NCBI GenBank assembly: GCA_018670825.1 | Contig: JABHIW010000149.1 | Location: 3,894-67,893 of the forward strand | Reading direction: 5' to 3' | DNA: 64,000 bases | Origin: Candidatus Scalindua sp. | Lineage (GTDB): Bacteria; Planctomycetota; Brocadiia; Brocadiales; Scalinduaceae | Shown: piece after piece, positions 35,729 through 45,658 of the stretch | Layout: every line of letters starts with the position of its first letter | Position numbering within the stretch: position 1 is the stretch's first letter | Translations under genes and position numbers: made by a program | The notes under the pieces: model-generated | Seen by the model: only the letters and a program-made list of their open reading frames with translations | Databases searched by the model: none | What the model was told of the DNA's origin: nothing

Positions 35729-37570
35729 ATGGATCTTCTGAAAACGTGTGCGGTTGTAGTTCTCTTTTCAGTTGTTTGTTTGCTGAGTTCAGGAAAAGCA
35801 AATGCATCAACTGAACTGGATTATATGGGCTCAGATACGGGCGAATTAGACTATGTGGGTGCTGAAGCTGGCAAAGGAGCCTCCGCAGACGGTGTTGGAG
35901 GTCCTGGTTTAGAACCTATCACCAAGAAACAGCATGAAAGAGCTAAGAATTTTTATAACAGCGTTTATACTTCTGCTGCGGCGAGGGCTCTGTATAGTGA
36001 TAATGTTGGATTAGAAAAAGGTGCGGGTCCTTGGCAGGATTTTTATAAGCCAAAACCGATGCATATGTACTGGTTTCCATCACGTCACTATGTAAGACCG
36101 GAAGGAACATATTATGATCAGCTCCTGGAGAAGTATAAGAAAGATCAGTGTATTGAGTGTCACGAAGAGGTTACTCCCGGTATCGTTCATGACTGGAGAG
36201 ACTCAACGCATGCAGATCCGAAAAAGAATAATTTCTTCGCTGTAAGGACAAGACAGATTGAGGAGCTTATTGAAAGAGATCTGGATAAAGTTGGCTGTAA
36301 TGAGTGTCACGGTGAAGACCATGACGAACTTCATATGCCAACTCCGGATATATGTGGTAATTGCCATCCTAAACAGGTAAATGAATACTTAGATGAAATG
36401 GAGTATGGGCGACCTAACCATGTGGACACATTTACAGCTAATGTTGTTCCTCCATGGTATCCTGAAGCTGCAAGACAGGGCTATTTAACATCAATGTTTG
36501 GATGTGACTACTGTCACGGGACTACTGAGAAGTGTGATATCTGTCACACAAGGCATAAGTTCACAGCGAAAGAGGGCAGAAGGCCTGAGGCGTGCATGAG
36601 TTGTCACATGGGATTTGACCATCCGGATGCTGAGTCATATGGCGAGTCCAAGATGGGAATGATTTATCATATGGAAGGAGAAGAGTGGGACTGGGGCAAA
36701 CCTCTTGGTGAGATAGTACCAGGTAAGGATTATAGAACCCCGACCTGTCAATACTGCCATATGTATCAGGCAGAGGGAAAATTCACACATACACTTGCCG
36801 CTAAGGGTATATGGAGAATGGGTACAGTTCCACCAAAAAGCTACGAGTTTGAATCTTCATTAAAAGCTTATCCTTATGGTGTGAAATTACCACCATTAGA
36901 TAAAAAACTGGATATATATTCAGAAGCAAACAGAAAGAAAAGGGAGCAATGGATAGAGATGTGCTCAAATTGCCATAGCCCAAGATGGGGAAGGCTTTAT
37001 CTGGAGAATCTGGATGACATGATGTTTGAGATGTGGAAAATACAGGACAGAGCACATTTGATTATGGATAATTTGGCGGCGGCAGATGCTTTTGACCCTC
37101 CGGTATCAGAACGAGATCCTTTCCCAATGGGTGAAGTATTAGCGGACGCACTAGGCCCTGGATTGCTGGGAGAAGGTATTTACAATGCATTTAAGGCCAC
37201 TGGAGGTAAGTTGCCGGTGTATGGGCCAATACTAGGTGTATACACTGTCTTTATGGCGGGAAGGAATAATCCTTCTGTAATTGAGAATATATATACCAAC
37301 ATGTGGTTTGGTGATAAGGCGCATGCCTATAAAGGTACAGCACATGTGCAGCAGGATATATCTTGGTGGTACGGAGCATCAAAGGCATTCCAGGCTGTAA
37401 ATGCAATGGAAAGTGAGGCTCAGAAGCTTTATCGTGCTAAAGAGATTGACAACCTTTTGGGTAAGAAAGATAGAAAAAGATCAGCGGGAATGGTAGGCGG
37501 TATTATTGTATTCGCCGGTCTTTTACTCGTGGGAGTTGTAGTAGCAGTCAGGATGAGAAGAAAAGATTAA
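35729..37570 (+). CDS. hydroxylamine-oxidoreductase-like octahaem cytochrome c with a C-terminal TM anchor
   Basis: Signal peptide (..SSGKANA/ST). Eight CxxCH: CIECH, CNECH, CGNCH, CDYCH, CDICH, CMSCH, CQYCH, CSNCH. C-terminal GGIIVFAGLLLVGVVVAV. Confidence 0.9.
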   Translation: MDLLKTCAVVVLFSVVCLLSSGKANASTELDYMGSDTGELDYVGAEAGKGASADGVGGPGLEPITKKQHERAKNFYNSVYTSAAARALYSDNVGLEKGAGPWQDFYKPKPMHMYWFPSRHYVRPEGTYYDQLLEKYKKDQCIECHEEVTPGIVHDWRDSTHADPKKNNFFAVRTRQIEELIERDLDKVGCNECHGEDHDELHMPTPDICGNCHPKQVNEYLDEMEYGRPNHVDTFTANVVPPWYPEAARQGYLTSMFGCDYCHGTTEKCDICHTRHKFTAKEGRRPEACMSCHMGFDHPDAESYGESKMGMIYHMEGEEWDWGKPLGEIVPGKDYRTPTCQYCHMYQAEGKFTHTLAAKGIWRMGTVPPKSYEFESSLKAYPYGVKLPPLDKKLDIYSEANRKKREQWIEMCSNCHSPRWGRLYLENLDDMMFEMWKIQDRAHLIMDNLAAADAFDPPVSERDPFPMGEVLADALGPGLLGEGIYNAFKATGGKLPVYGPILGVYTVFMAGRNNPSVIENIYTNMWFGDKAHAYKGTAHVQQDISWWYGASKAFQAVNAMESEAQKLYRAKEIDNLLGKKDRKRSAGMVGGIIVFAGLLLVGVVVAVRMRRKD

Positions 37571-37620
37571 TAAAATAGAGTAATTATGAAAAATTACTTA
37601 CTATTCAGTATATAAAGAGA

Positions 37621-37649
37621 GGCGCTCGATATCGAGCGCCTTTTTTTTT
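37621..37649 (+). terminator. strong rho-independent terminator
   Basis: Perfect palindrome ggcgctcgatatcgagcgcc followed by T9. Confidence 0.85.
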
Positions 37650-37888
37650 GCAATAATTTGGATTTTGACAAATGGTCAGATTCAAAGAAAAGAACTAATT
37701 CGTACCATGTAATATTGCAAATATTAACAGGATGAAAAGGTATATTAAAAATACTGGTATTAATATACACGAGAGAGTTTGTGACGGTATAAGCATTTGC
37801 ACATAGATTTATTAGACTTGATTTTTATAATAAATGCTAATATAGTCCAAAATATAGAATTATAGGATTATTAATAAACGATTAACAA

Positions 37889-39268
37889 ATGAATAATAGC
37901 AATTTATTACTTAAGAATGGTTCTAAAATTGCAATAATAGGAGGTGGACCCGGGGGTAGTTTTTTTGCCCATTTTGCGTCTCGTTATGCGAAAGAGGCTG
38001 GTATTGATATATCTATAAAGATATACGACAGAAAGAGCTTTTGTCAAAGAGGCCCACGTGGCTGTAATATGTGCGCCGGAGTTATTTCTGAGAATCTTTT
38101 TAATAACCTGGAAAAAGAGGGAATTCATATTGCAGATTTTTGCGTACAAAGAAAAATAGAAGGATATTGCCTACAGACACAAGATGAGAGTGTCTCTCTT
38201 CACCATCCGGTTCCGGGACATACACCAAAGATTGTTACTGTATTTCGAGGAAATGGTCCATTGCAGTCGTCACACGAGGGTAATGTCAGTTTTGATGACT
38301 ATCTATTAAATCATGTTAAGGGGCAGGGAGCGGAGATAGTTTTTGAAGTAGTTAAAGATTTTAAAATGCCAGCAAGAAAAGAAGAACCGGTAATAGTAAT
38401 TAGTGGTGAGGGGGATTTTAAAACTGAATTTGAAGCAGACCTTGTAGTAGGAGCTTTTGGTGTAAATACCGGGATGATGGAAAGGGTTGGTAATATGGGA
38501 TTTGGATATAAGCCACCGAAGACTGTTCGGACATGTCAGTGTGAAATAATGCTCAGTCAGGAACATATAGAACAAACGTTTGGCAACAATGTTATTGTTT
38601 TTGCTTTAGGTAAAAGTGAGCTTAAATTTGCTTCCATTACACCAAAAGCAAATTACGTTACTGTTAATCTGGTAGGCAGAAAGGATTTAACAAGAAACAA
38701 CTTGATTAACTTCCTTGACCATCCAACAGTAAGGCAATGGATGCCAGAAAAATGGAGAATTCCTAATAGTTTTTGTATGTGTATTTCTAAAATTCCTATC
38801 ACTTATGCAAAACATCCTTTTGCAGACAGATTAGTTATATTAGGTGATGCAAGTATTTCAAGATCCTATAAAAGCGGAATAGAGTCTGCATTCAATATGG
38901 CAAAAATGTCCGCTTATACAGCTTTTAAGAATGGAGTGTCGGCAAAATCATTTATGAATGGTTACTTTAAGCCGGCAAAAAGGCTTCTGGCCAGGGACAA
39001 CCTCTATGGGCTTATGATGCTCAAGATCAATGATTATATTTTCTCTAACAGGAAATTAGCGAACAGACAAGTAAGATTTATAAAATCCAACGATGATCAG
39101 AAAACTACAAGTCTAATTAATGAGATACTATGGAACATGCTTACCGGAAATGTGTCATACAAAGAAATATTTGTTAAAGCGATTAACTTACGTCTTATAT
39201 CAAAAACGTTGCCGCTTAATCCTCTTTTCTGGATAAGAAGAAAGAGTGATGTTATAAAAAACGTATAG
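37889..39268 (+). CDS. FAD-dependent geranylgeranyl-reductase-like oxidoreductase (module 1)
   Basis: IAIIGGGPGGSFFA dinucleotide fold. CQRGPRGCNMCAGVIS replaces the usual CGG(A/G)IS motif. LGDASIS near the C-terminal FAD contact. Confidence 0.7.
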   Translation: MNNSNLLLKNGSKIAIIGGGPGGSFFAHFASRYAKEAGIDISIKIYDRKSFCQRGPRGCNMCAGVISENLFNNLEKEGIHIADFCVQRKIEGYCLQTQDESVSLHHPVPGHTPKIVTVFRGNGPLQSSHEGNVSFDDYLLNHVKGQGAEIVFEVVKDFKMPARKEEPVIVISGEGDFKTEFEADLVVGAFGVNTGMMERVGNMGFGYKPPKTVRTCQCEIMLSQEHIEQTFGNNVIVFALGKSELKFASITPKANYVTVNLVGRKDLTRNNLINFLDHPTVRQWMPEKWRIPNSFCMCISKIPITYAKHPFADRLVILGDASISRSYKSGIESAFNMAKMSAYTAFKNGVSAKSFMNGYFKPAKRLLARDNLYGLMMLKINDYIFSNRKLANRQVRFIKSNDDQKTTSLINEILWNMLTGNVSYKEIFVKAINLRLISKTLPLNPLFWIRRKSDVIKNV

Positions 39269-39286
39269 TAGTATATTGAGAGTCCA

Positions 39287-42019
39287 ATGAAAGATAGAGA
39301 TTATTATATAAAAGATGGATCAAAGATTGCGATAATTGGCGGTGGACCTGCCGGGAGCTTTTTTGCATATTTTGCGTTAAAAAATGCTAAGCAAAAAGGT
39401 ATAAAAATTGACATAACTATTTTCGAGGGGAAAAACTTTTGTCAAAAAGGGCCTAGGGGTTGCAATATGTGTCCAGGGGTTATATCAGAAAAACTTTATG
39501 TAGAATTAAGGGAAAACAATCTGCTTCCACCAGAAAGGTGTGTGCAGAAAGAGGTCAAAGGTTACTATTTTCATACTCATGATGGCTGCGTAGAAGTTCA
39601 GAATCCTAACCCATCTGCAGACAAAAAAATATTAACTGTTTTTAGAGGCGATGGACCCATGTTTTCAGAAGAATCTGAAAGTAAGAGTTTTGACAACTTT
39701 CTTCTACGGCAAGTACAAAGCATGGGGGCCAGCATTAGTACTGACATTGTAAGTAATGTAATTTTACCGTCAAATAAGAAAGAACAGGTAAAAATATATT
39801 TCGGAAAGCAGGGTTCTTGGAGAATTATGAATGCAGACTTGGTGGTGGGTGCATTCGGCTTGAATACAGGTATGTTGGAAAAAACAAAGAGGCTGGGGTT
39901 TGGTTATGTTCCTCCTCGTACGGTCAGGGCATGTCAGGCGGAGATTTATGTCGGTGGAAGGAATGGAAATAAATACCAGGATAACAGGATACACGTTTTT
40001 TCATTAGGCATAAAGCCGATAACGTATGCTTCTTTTACACCAAGAGGAGACTATATAACGGTCACTCTGGTTGGCAAAAATGATTTGAATAAGGATCACT
40101 TGATAGAATTCCTTAATCACCCCGTTGTACGTCGTACTTTTCCTGAAGAAGGTTGGACTCTTCCAAAGAATTATTGTATCTGTTTCCCCAAGATAAACAT
40201 TACCCAGGCCAAACGCCTATTTGCTGATAGATTTGTTGTTATAGGCAGTGCAGGTATTTCGAGATATTATAAGCATGGTATTGAGTCTGCTTTTGTTTCC
40301 TCCAGAATAGCAGCAAACAGTGCGTTTGAATCGGGTGTCTCTGAAAGTGCATTTAGAAATGGTTATTATAAACCTGTGATGAAGCTTTTTGGGTCTGACA
40401 ATTTGTATGGAAGATTGGTTTTTGGGCTTAACGATTATATTACTTCCAGAAGGCGTATTTCAGCCGGCTACTTTTCATTCCTAAAATCAGACAAGAAATT
40501 GCCGGTGGCAAAAATGCAGTTAGAATTCATATGGAATATGTTTACAGGGAGTATACCCTTTAAGAAGTTATTTGTTAAGGTGTTTGATCCAATTTTGCAG
40601 ATCAGATTACTTCCTGTTACTGTGATAGTCTGGAATAAACAGGCGTTTGAGTCTCTTGTTGGTGGTGGGAAATTTAGACACAAAAAGATATTAAAGAGTT
40701 TGGCGAATAAAGGGCTTGGTCCTCTTGAAGATGGCCAGACAGTGGTTGTCATTGGTGGAGGCCCAGGTGGGACAAGTTGTGCAATTACCCTCAGCAGATT
40801 GGCAAAAAGGCGTAATATAAATTTGAACATAGTATTGTATGAAGGTAAAGATTTTGGAAAAGATGAACAGTTTAATCCGTGTGTAGGAGTGCTGTCTCCA
40901 CCTATAGAAGAAATATTAGAAAAAAAATTAGGAATTCCCTTTCCACATGAACTTATATTGGAAAAAATACCTGCATATTATCTGCATTCTGATAACGAAG
41001 ACATTAAGTTAGAAGGCGATGGTCAAGTCTCATGTGCGGTACATCGAATGTTATTTGATAATTACCTTTTGCATTGCGCGAAAGATGCAGGAGTAAAAGT
41101 AATACATGGTAGAGTGACAAATATTGATATCGAGCGAAGTGGCGCAATGGTTTACAGTGAAAAGGATAATAGGCGGGCGGATGTAGTCGTCGGAGCATTT
41201 GGCCTGGATGAAGGGGCTTGCAAAGTTTTCGAAACGGCAACTCATTATCGAACTGGCCGTTATATGAGTACCATTTTAACCAAGTTTTATCCGGAAAAAG
41301 AGGAAATGGAAAAGTTTGGTAACTGTATACACGCATTTCTTCCCTCGGTGAAAGGGATAGAGTTTGGTGCCATAACCCCCAAGGTCGATCATCTTGATAT
41401 TAATATTGCCGGTTCAAAGATTAATTGGCGTTGGATGGATAACTTTCTTTTAATGCCTCAGGTTACCAGGGTTTTGCCATCTAATTTTGCTATGCAGAGG
41501 CACGAATTATTTTATAGCCGGTGGCAGTTTCCGACTTCTCCGGCAAAAAATCTCTTTGGGGATAGATATGTCACTGTAGGCGATGCTGCCGGTATTATTC
41601 GTGCATTCAAGGGTAAGGGCGTGAATACTGCCTGTACAACAGGGATAAGGGCGGCAGAGGTCATGATGGATGTGGGTATCTCAAAAGAAGCATTTAAGGA
41701 TTATTATGATAGCTTTTCTGATATAACCAGCGATCTTCCTTATGGAAAAATCATTAGAATGCTTGCGGGTTTTAGTGCGCGTTGTGGGCTGTTTACCCCC
41801 ATGCTTCAATTGGCAAAGGAAGATAAGAAATTTAGAGCAGCTTTTTTCGATTCAGTTGCAGGCAGCAGGATGTTTAAAGAAATAATTTTTGAAACTATTA
41901 GCTTGCAATTGTCCTGGAAAGTTGTGAAAATTCTTATAATGTGGTTCTTTAAGCAGTTCTCTTTTATGTCATGGGTAATAAAACCCATTAGCAAGGCTAT
42001 AACTAATAAGCGAACATGA
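39287..42019 (+). CDS. tandem fusion of two GGR-like FAD-dependent oxidoreductase modules (modules 2 and 3)
   Basis: Residues 1 to ~470 parallel the 37889 product (IAIIGGGPAGSFFA, CQKGPRGCNMCPGVIS). A second fold starts at VVVIGGGPGGTSCA with NPCVGVLSPP and VGDAAG. Hydrophobic C-terminus. Confidence 0.7.
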   Translation: MKDRDYYIKDGSKIAIIGGGPAGSFFAYFALKNAKQKGIKIDITIFEGKNFCQKGPRGCNMCPGVISEKLYVELRENNLLPPERCVQKEVKGYYFHTHDGCVEVQNPNPSADKKILTVFRGDGPMFSEESESKSFDNFLLRQVQSMGASISTDIVSNVILPSNKKEQVKIYFGKQGSWRIMNADLVVGAFGLNTGMLEKTKRLGFGYVPPRTVRACQAEIYVGGRNGNKYQDNRIHVFSLGIKPITYASFTPRGDYITVTLVGKNDLNKDHLIEFLNHPVVRRTFPEEGWTLPKNYCICFPKINITQAKRLFADRFVVIGSAGISRYYKHGIESAFVSSRIAANSAFESGVSESAFRNGYYKPVMKLFGSDNLYGRLVFGLNDYITSRRRISAGYFSFLKSDKKLPVAKMQLEFIWNMFTGSIPFKKLFVKVFDPILQIRLLPVTVIVWNKQAFESLVGGGKFRHKKILKSLANKGLGPLEDGQTVVVIGGGPGGTSCAITLSRLAKRRNINLNIVLYEGKDFGKDEQFNPCVGVLSPPIEEILEKKLGIPFPHELILEKIPAYYLHSDNEDIKLEGDGQVSCAVHRMLFDNYLLHCAKDAGVKVIHGRVTNIDIERSGAMVYSEKDNRRADVVVGAFGLDEGACKVFETATHYRTGRYMSTILTKFYPEKEEMEKFGNCIHAFLPSVKGIEFGAITPKVDHLDINIAGSKINWRWMDNFLLMPQVTRVLPSNFAMQRHELFYSRWQFPTSPAKNLFGDRYVTVGDAAGIIRAFKGKGVNTACTTGIRAAEVMMDVGISKEAFKDYYDSFSDITSDLPYGKIIRMLAGFSARCGLFTPMLQLAKEDKKFRAAFFDSVAGSRMFKEIIFETISLQLSWKVVKILIMWFFKQFSFMSWVIKPISKAITNKRT

Positions 42020-42028
42020 GGGTAAAAA

Positions 42029-44512
42029 ATGGATAAAAAAGGAATTTATATTTTAGAAATATTTAAGAAAAAAGGGCCTTTATCTATAATCCTTGGACAG
42101 TTAAACTCTTCGTTGAAGGCTTTCGAAATCAAATCAATAAAAAAGAAAATGATACTTGTGTTTTTAATACTGGCACTTATTCCGTTATTGGCAATGAGGT
42201 TAGTTGTTTATCCTAAAGCACAGGATGCATTACAAACATCTTTAATACAAAATCTGCAAAGTGTCGGACACAAGCAAGCGGAACTCATTAAAGGTTGGAC
42301 AGAAGAAAGAAAGGGTGACGTAAGGGTTATTGCTGAAAATCCTTTTACGCTTCTTGCTTCCAGAGTAAACATGAACGATAAACGGTTCTGGCGTCTTTTA
42401 AGGTATACTCACTACATAAGATACGAGTATGACTATAAGGAGGTTCTTATAAGTGATGCGGAAGGTATTATTCATGTCTCTACCCAAAAGGGTAGAATCG
42501 GTGCAGATATCTCTGAATTGGAATATTTTAAAAAGGCGATGGACGGAGAAACATTTGCATCACAGATATATCCTTCAATAGAGCTTGTTGAAAATAAATA
42601 CGGCAGAATGGAAACAGGTGTTCCAACCATGGTTGTTGCGTCTCCAATTACTGATCGAAATAAAATAATGGGTGTTGCGTGTCTCAGGGTTGACGTCGAG
42701 AAAATAAGCGAATTTATGAAAAGTATAAAGTTAGGCGCAAGCGGTGAAACGTATCTTGTTAATAAACAGGGTTATATGATAACGGAGTCCCGGTTTGCAA
42801 CTGATTTAAGGAATGAGGGACTGATAGAAGGTGGAACTACTCTTGAGATTAAACTAGTCAATCCAGAGGCAGGGAAATTGACAAAATCTGTTTCGGAATG
42901 TTTGAAAGGACACACAGGTTCTGATGGAGAGGGTTATTTAGATTATCGTGGTGTAAAGGTAATTGGCTTCTGGCAATGGATCCCGGAGCTGGATTGGGGT
43001 GTAATTGCTGAGATTGATTATGACGAAGGATATATAGAAGTAAACAGACTACGTAAAAACGTTAATACAATTATGATTATCGTTTCTTTAGGAGTGGTGG
43101 TGCTTGCCGTTTTTATGGGTCAAAGGATGGTAGCTCCAATTCTTTATCTTACAGATGCAACAAGGAAAATGAATGCAGGTGATCTTACTCAAGAAGTTAA
43201 TATTCGCACCAGGGATGAAATTGGTGAACTTGCAGTCTCTTTTAACATGATGACCAGGACCTTAAAAAACAGAAATGAGGAACTTCAATCGTCAAACCTT
43301 TTTATGGAATCAATGTTTGATGCCATAAGAGATCCGATGACAGTCCTGGACAAAGATGGGACTATTAAGCAGGTCAATAGGGTTGCAATGGATACTTACG
43401 GAGAGAATATTGTCGGGGAAAAATGCTATTGCGTATATAAAGGTCGGGAATCTATTTGTGATCACTGTCCCACAATGAAGTCAATTGAAACATTATTGCC
43501 TGAGACGGCAGAGCACTATGTGGAAAGAGATAAAAAATATGTATTCATCGCCTCTTATCCTATCTTAAATAAAGAAGGAAAACTAGAATCAATAATAAAA
43601 CTGGTGAGAGACATCACTGAACAGAAAAAGCTTGAAAAAGAACTCCAGGATTATACTGCAAATCTGGAAAAGACCGTTGAGGAGAGGACAATAGATCTGA
43701 AATCAACAAATGAAGAACTGAAGCAACGAAGCGTCGAGATAGAAAGAGCCAATGAGGAATTGCGTAGCCTTGATAAGATGAAAGACGTAATGATCCGAGA
43801 TGTGACCCATGAATTAAAATCACCGGTAGCGCAGGTCCAAATGGCAATTGGTCTTTGGACTAGTGAGGCCGCTAAGGAAAAAGTAGATAAAGAGAAGGGG
43901 AAAAAATTAAGCAAAATAATTGATGATAACATACAAAGGCTAAAGAAAACTATTCAAAGTATATTGGATTTATCAGTATTAGAGTCTGGCCGTGTTGCAT
44001 ATCAAAAGGAGAATTTGAATCTGGAGGAAATAGTACACCAAACGGAAGAGGGATTAAAATTAATAGCGGAGAAGAAAGGGTTGACATTAACTATAAGAAT
44101 TCCTGACAGACTTCCGGAAGTATTTGGAGATAGAACAGAGATTACAAGGGTCGTTTCCAACCTAATAGACAATGCCATCAAATACTCTGAAACCGGAGAA
44201 ATTATAGTGTCCGCTCTGAGGAGGCCTAAGGATATAGAAATATCAGTTAAGGATCAAGGGATTGGCTTGATTACGCCTAAGGGAAGTTTTGACAAACTCT
44301 TTAGTCGGTTCTACCAGGAAAGGGCAAGTGCTGATGGTTCCGGGGTTGGTCTCGCTATCTGTAAGAAGATTATAAATGCCCATGGTGGGAAAATTTGGGT
44401 TGAAAGTGACGGAAAGGGAAAAGGCACAACATTCAAGTTTACATTACCAGTAATCTCTGATGGGGGAAAAGATCCTGATACCCTATCTTCAAATCCGGAA
44501 GAGGTAGCGTGA
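42029..44512 (+). CDS. sensor histidine kinase (periplasmic Cache-like, HAMP, PAS, HisKA, HATPase_c)
   Basis: Two TM segments flank a ~300-aa extracytoplasmic domain. HAMP (DEIGELAVSFNMM), PAS, H-box THELKSPV, and NLIDNAIKY / DQGIGL / GSGVGLAI. Confidence 0.85.
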   Translation: MDKKGIYILEIFKKKGPLSIILGQLNSSLKAFEIKSIKKKMILVFLILALIPLLAMRLVVYPKAQDALQTSLIQNLQSVGHKQAELIKGWTEERKGDVRVIAENPFTLLASRVNMNDKRFWRLLRYTHYIRYEYDYKEVLISDAEGIIHVSTQKGRIGADISELEYFKKAMDGETFASQIYPSIELVENKYGRMETGVPTMVVASPITDRNKIMGVACLRVDVEKISEFMKSIKLGASGETYLVNKQGYMITESRFATDLRNEGLIEGGTTLEIKLVNPEAGKLTKSVSECLKGHTGSDGEGYLDYRGVKVIGFWQWIPELDWGVIAEIDYDEGYIEVNRLRKNVNTIMIIVSLGVVVLAVFMGQRMVAPILYLTDATRKMNAGDLTQEVNIRTRDEIGELAVSFNMMTRTLKNRNEELQSSNLFMESMFDAIRDPMTVLDKDGTIKQVNRVAMDTYGENIVGEKCYCVYKGRESICDHCPTMKSIETLLPETAEHYVERDKKYVFIASYPILNKEGKLESIIKLVRDITEQKKLEKELQDYTANLEKTVEERTIDLKSTNEELKQRSVEIERANEELRSLDKMKDVMIRDVTHELKSPVAQVQMAIGLWTSEAAKEKVDKEKGKKLSKIIDDNIQRLKKTIQSILDLSVLESGRVAYQKENLNLEEIVHQTEEGLKLIAEKKGLTLTIRIPDRLPEVFGDRTEITRVVSNLIDNAIKYSETGEIIVSALRRPKDIEISVKDQGIGLITPKGSFDKLFSRFYQERASADGSGVGLAICKKIINAHGGKIWVESDGKGKGTTFKFTLPVISDGGKDPDTLSSNPEEVA

Positions 44513-44663
44513 TTTTAAAGATGGAAATTTCTATTATGAATTGTATAGTATAGTGTTGTATTTGAAGATAAGGAGGTGTTGTGTTGAGATACCTTGCCAG
44601 TAATAAAGATAGAAGAGTTAAATGGACGCAAATTTGTGAACTGATGAAAGGAGAATAGGGAAT

Positions 44664-45029
44664 ATGGGTAAGACGATAATGATAGTTGAGGATGAACAGG
44701 CATTTCATGATCTTTATACTATGATGCTGGAAGACACGGATTATGATATCGTGCGTGCATACGACGGAGATGAAGCACTGGCTAAATTAGAGGAAAAGAA
44801 GCCGGATTTGATTATCCTTGATATACTCTTGGATCTGGTAACCGGAGATACATTTTTTCTTTATATAAAGGGTATGCCAGAATATTCTGATATTCCGGTT
44901 ATTATATGTAGCAGTTTCTCACAAAAGGCATATAAAAATTTGAAGGACATGGATCCGGATCTTGTATTTCTTGAAAAGCCATTTACAAAAGAAAAAATGA
45001 TTGAAGAAATCACGGCTAAGATAGGCTAA
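44664..45029 (+). CDS. single-domain response regulator (CheY-like)
   Basis: IMIVEDE, DLIILDILL, VIICSS, EKPF. Confidence 0.85.
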   Translation: MGKTIMIVEDEQAFHDLYTMMLEDTDYDIVRAYDGDEALAKLEEKKPDLIILDILLDLVTGDTFFLYIKGMPEYSDIPVIICSSFSQKAYKNLKDMDPDLVFLEKPFTKEKMIEEITAKIG

Positions 45030-45139
45030 GGACGTTTGGAGTGCCTGTCGTTTTAGTAAGCAAAGGCTTTCTTGTTTCAGATAATCTAGTTTACTTTACA
45101 CTTGAGACTATTTGGTATTGGCTTTGCCGTACAATAGTA

Positions 45140-45658
45140 TTAAGCCTTATTAGAGAGCTGTTTGAGATAGCTGATAAGCTTGAAGCAAAAGCTTATCAGT
45201 CTTGCGTAAAAAGCACAGCTGGGATTTTCAGCCGTTATTTTGTCGCCAACATGTAGCGCTCCGCCTTTAATGATCCTGCAGCGGATGCCGCCTCTGTCAT
45301 CCATTGCGTTCTTAGCCCCAGGACCTATATTATTTTCCATTTTCTTGCACGGATTACATTTGGTTTCAACACGAACAAGTATTTTGCCAATGCGTAAATT
45401 TCTGCCAATCAACTCATTCAGTTTCACATCTTTAACCACAACTTGACGTCTGCTTGAACCGGCAGGTACACCATAGCCAAGTTTCTGGGATATTGCGTCA
45501 ATTGTTTCAGCTTCTATCAAAGTGATTTGTCCAATCTGAAATTTTTCAGAACGATAATCACCTACAATTCCAAAATTAGAACGCACTATGACGTGGTTAC
45601 AAGATTCCGCAGCAGTATTTCGCTTTCGAACAATATGAATTGAAGTAATTTCAGCCAT
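45140..45658 (-). CDS. MOSC domain protein
   Basis: ...GDYRS...QITLIEAE...RRQVVV...LRIGKILVRVETKCNPCKKM... is the MOSC pattern with the conserved Cys. Confidence 0.8.
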   Translation of the reverse strand: MAEITSIHIVRKRNTAAESCNHVIVRSNFGIVGDYRSEKFQIGQITLIEAETIDAISQKLGYGVPAGSSRRQVVVKDVKLNELIGRNLRIGKILVRVETKCNPCKKMENNIGPGAKNAMDDRGGIRCRIIKGGALHVGDKITAENPSCAFYARLISFCFKLISYLKQLSNKA

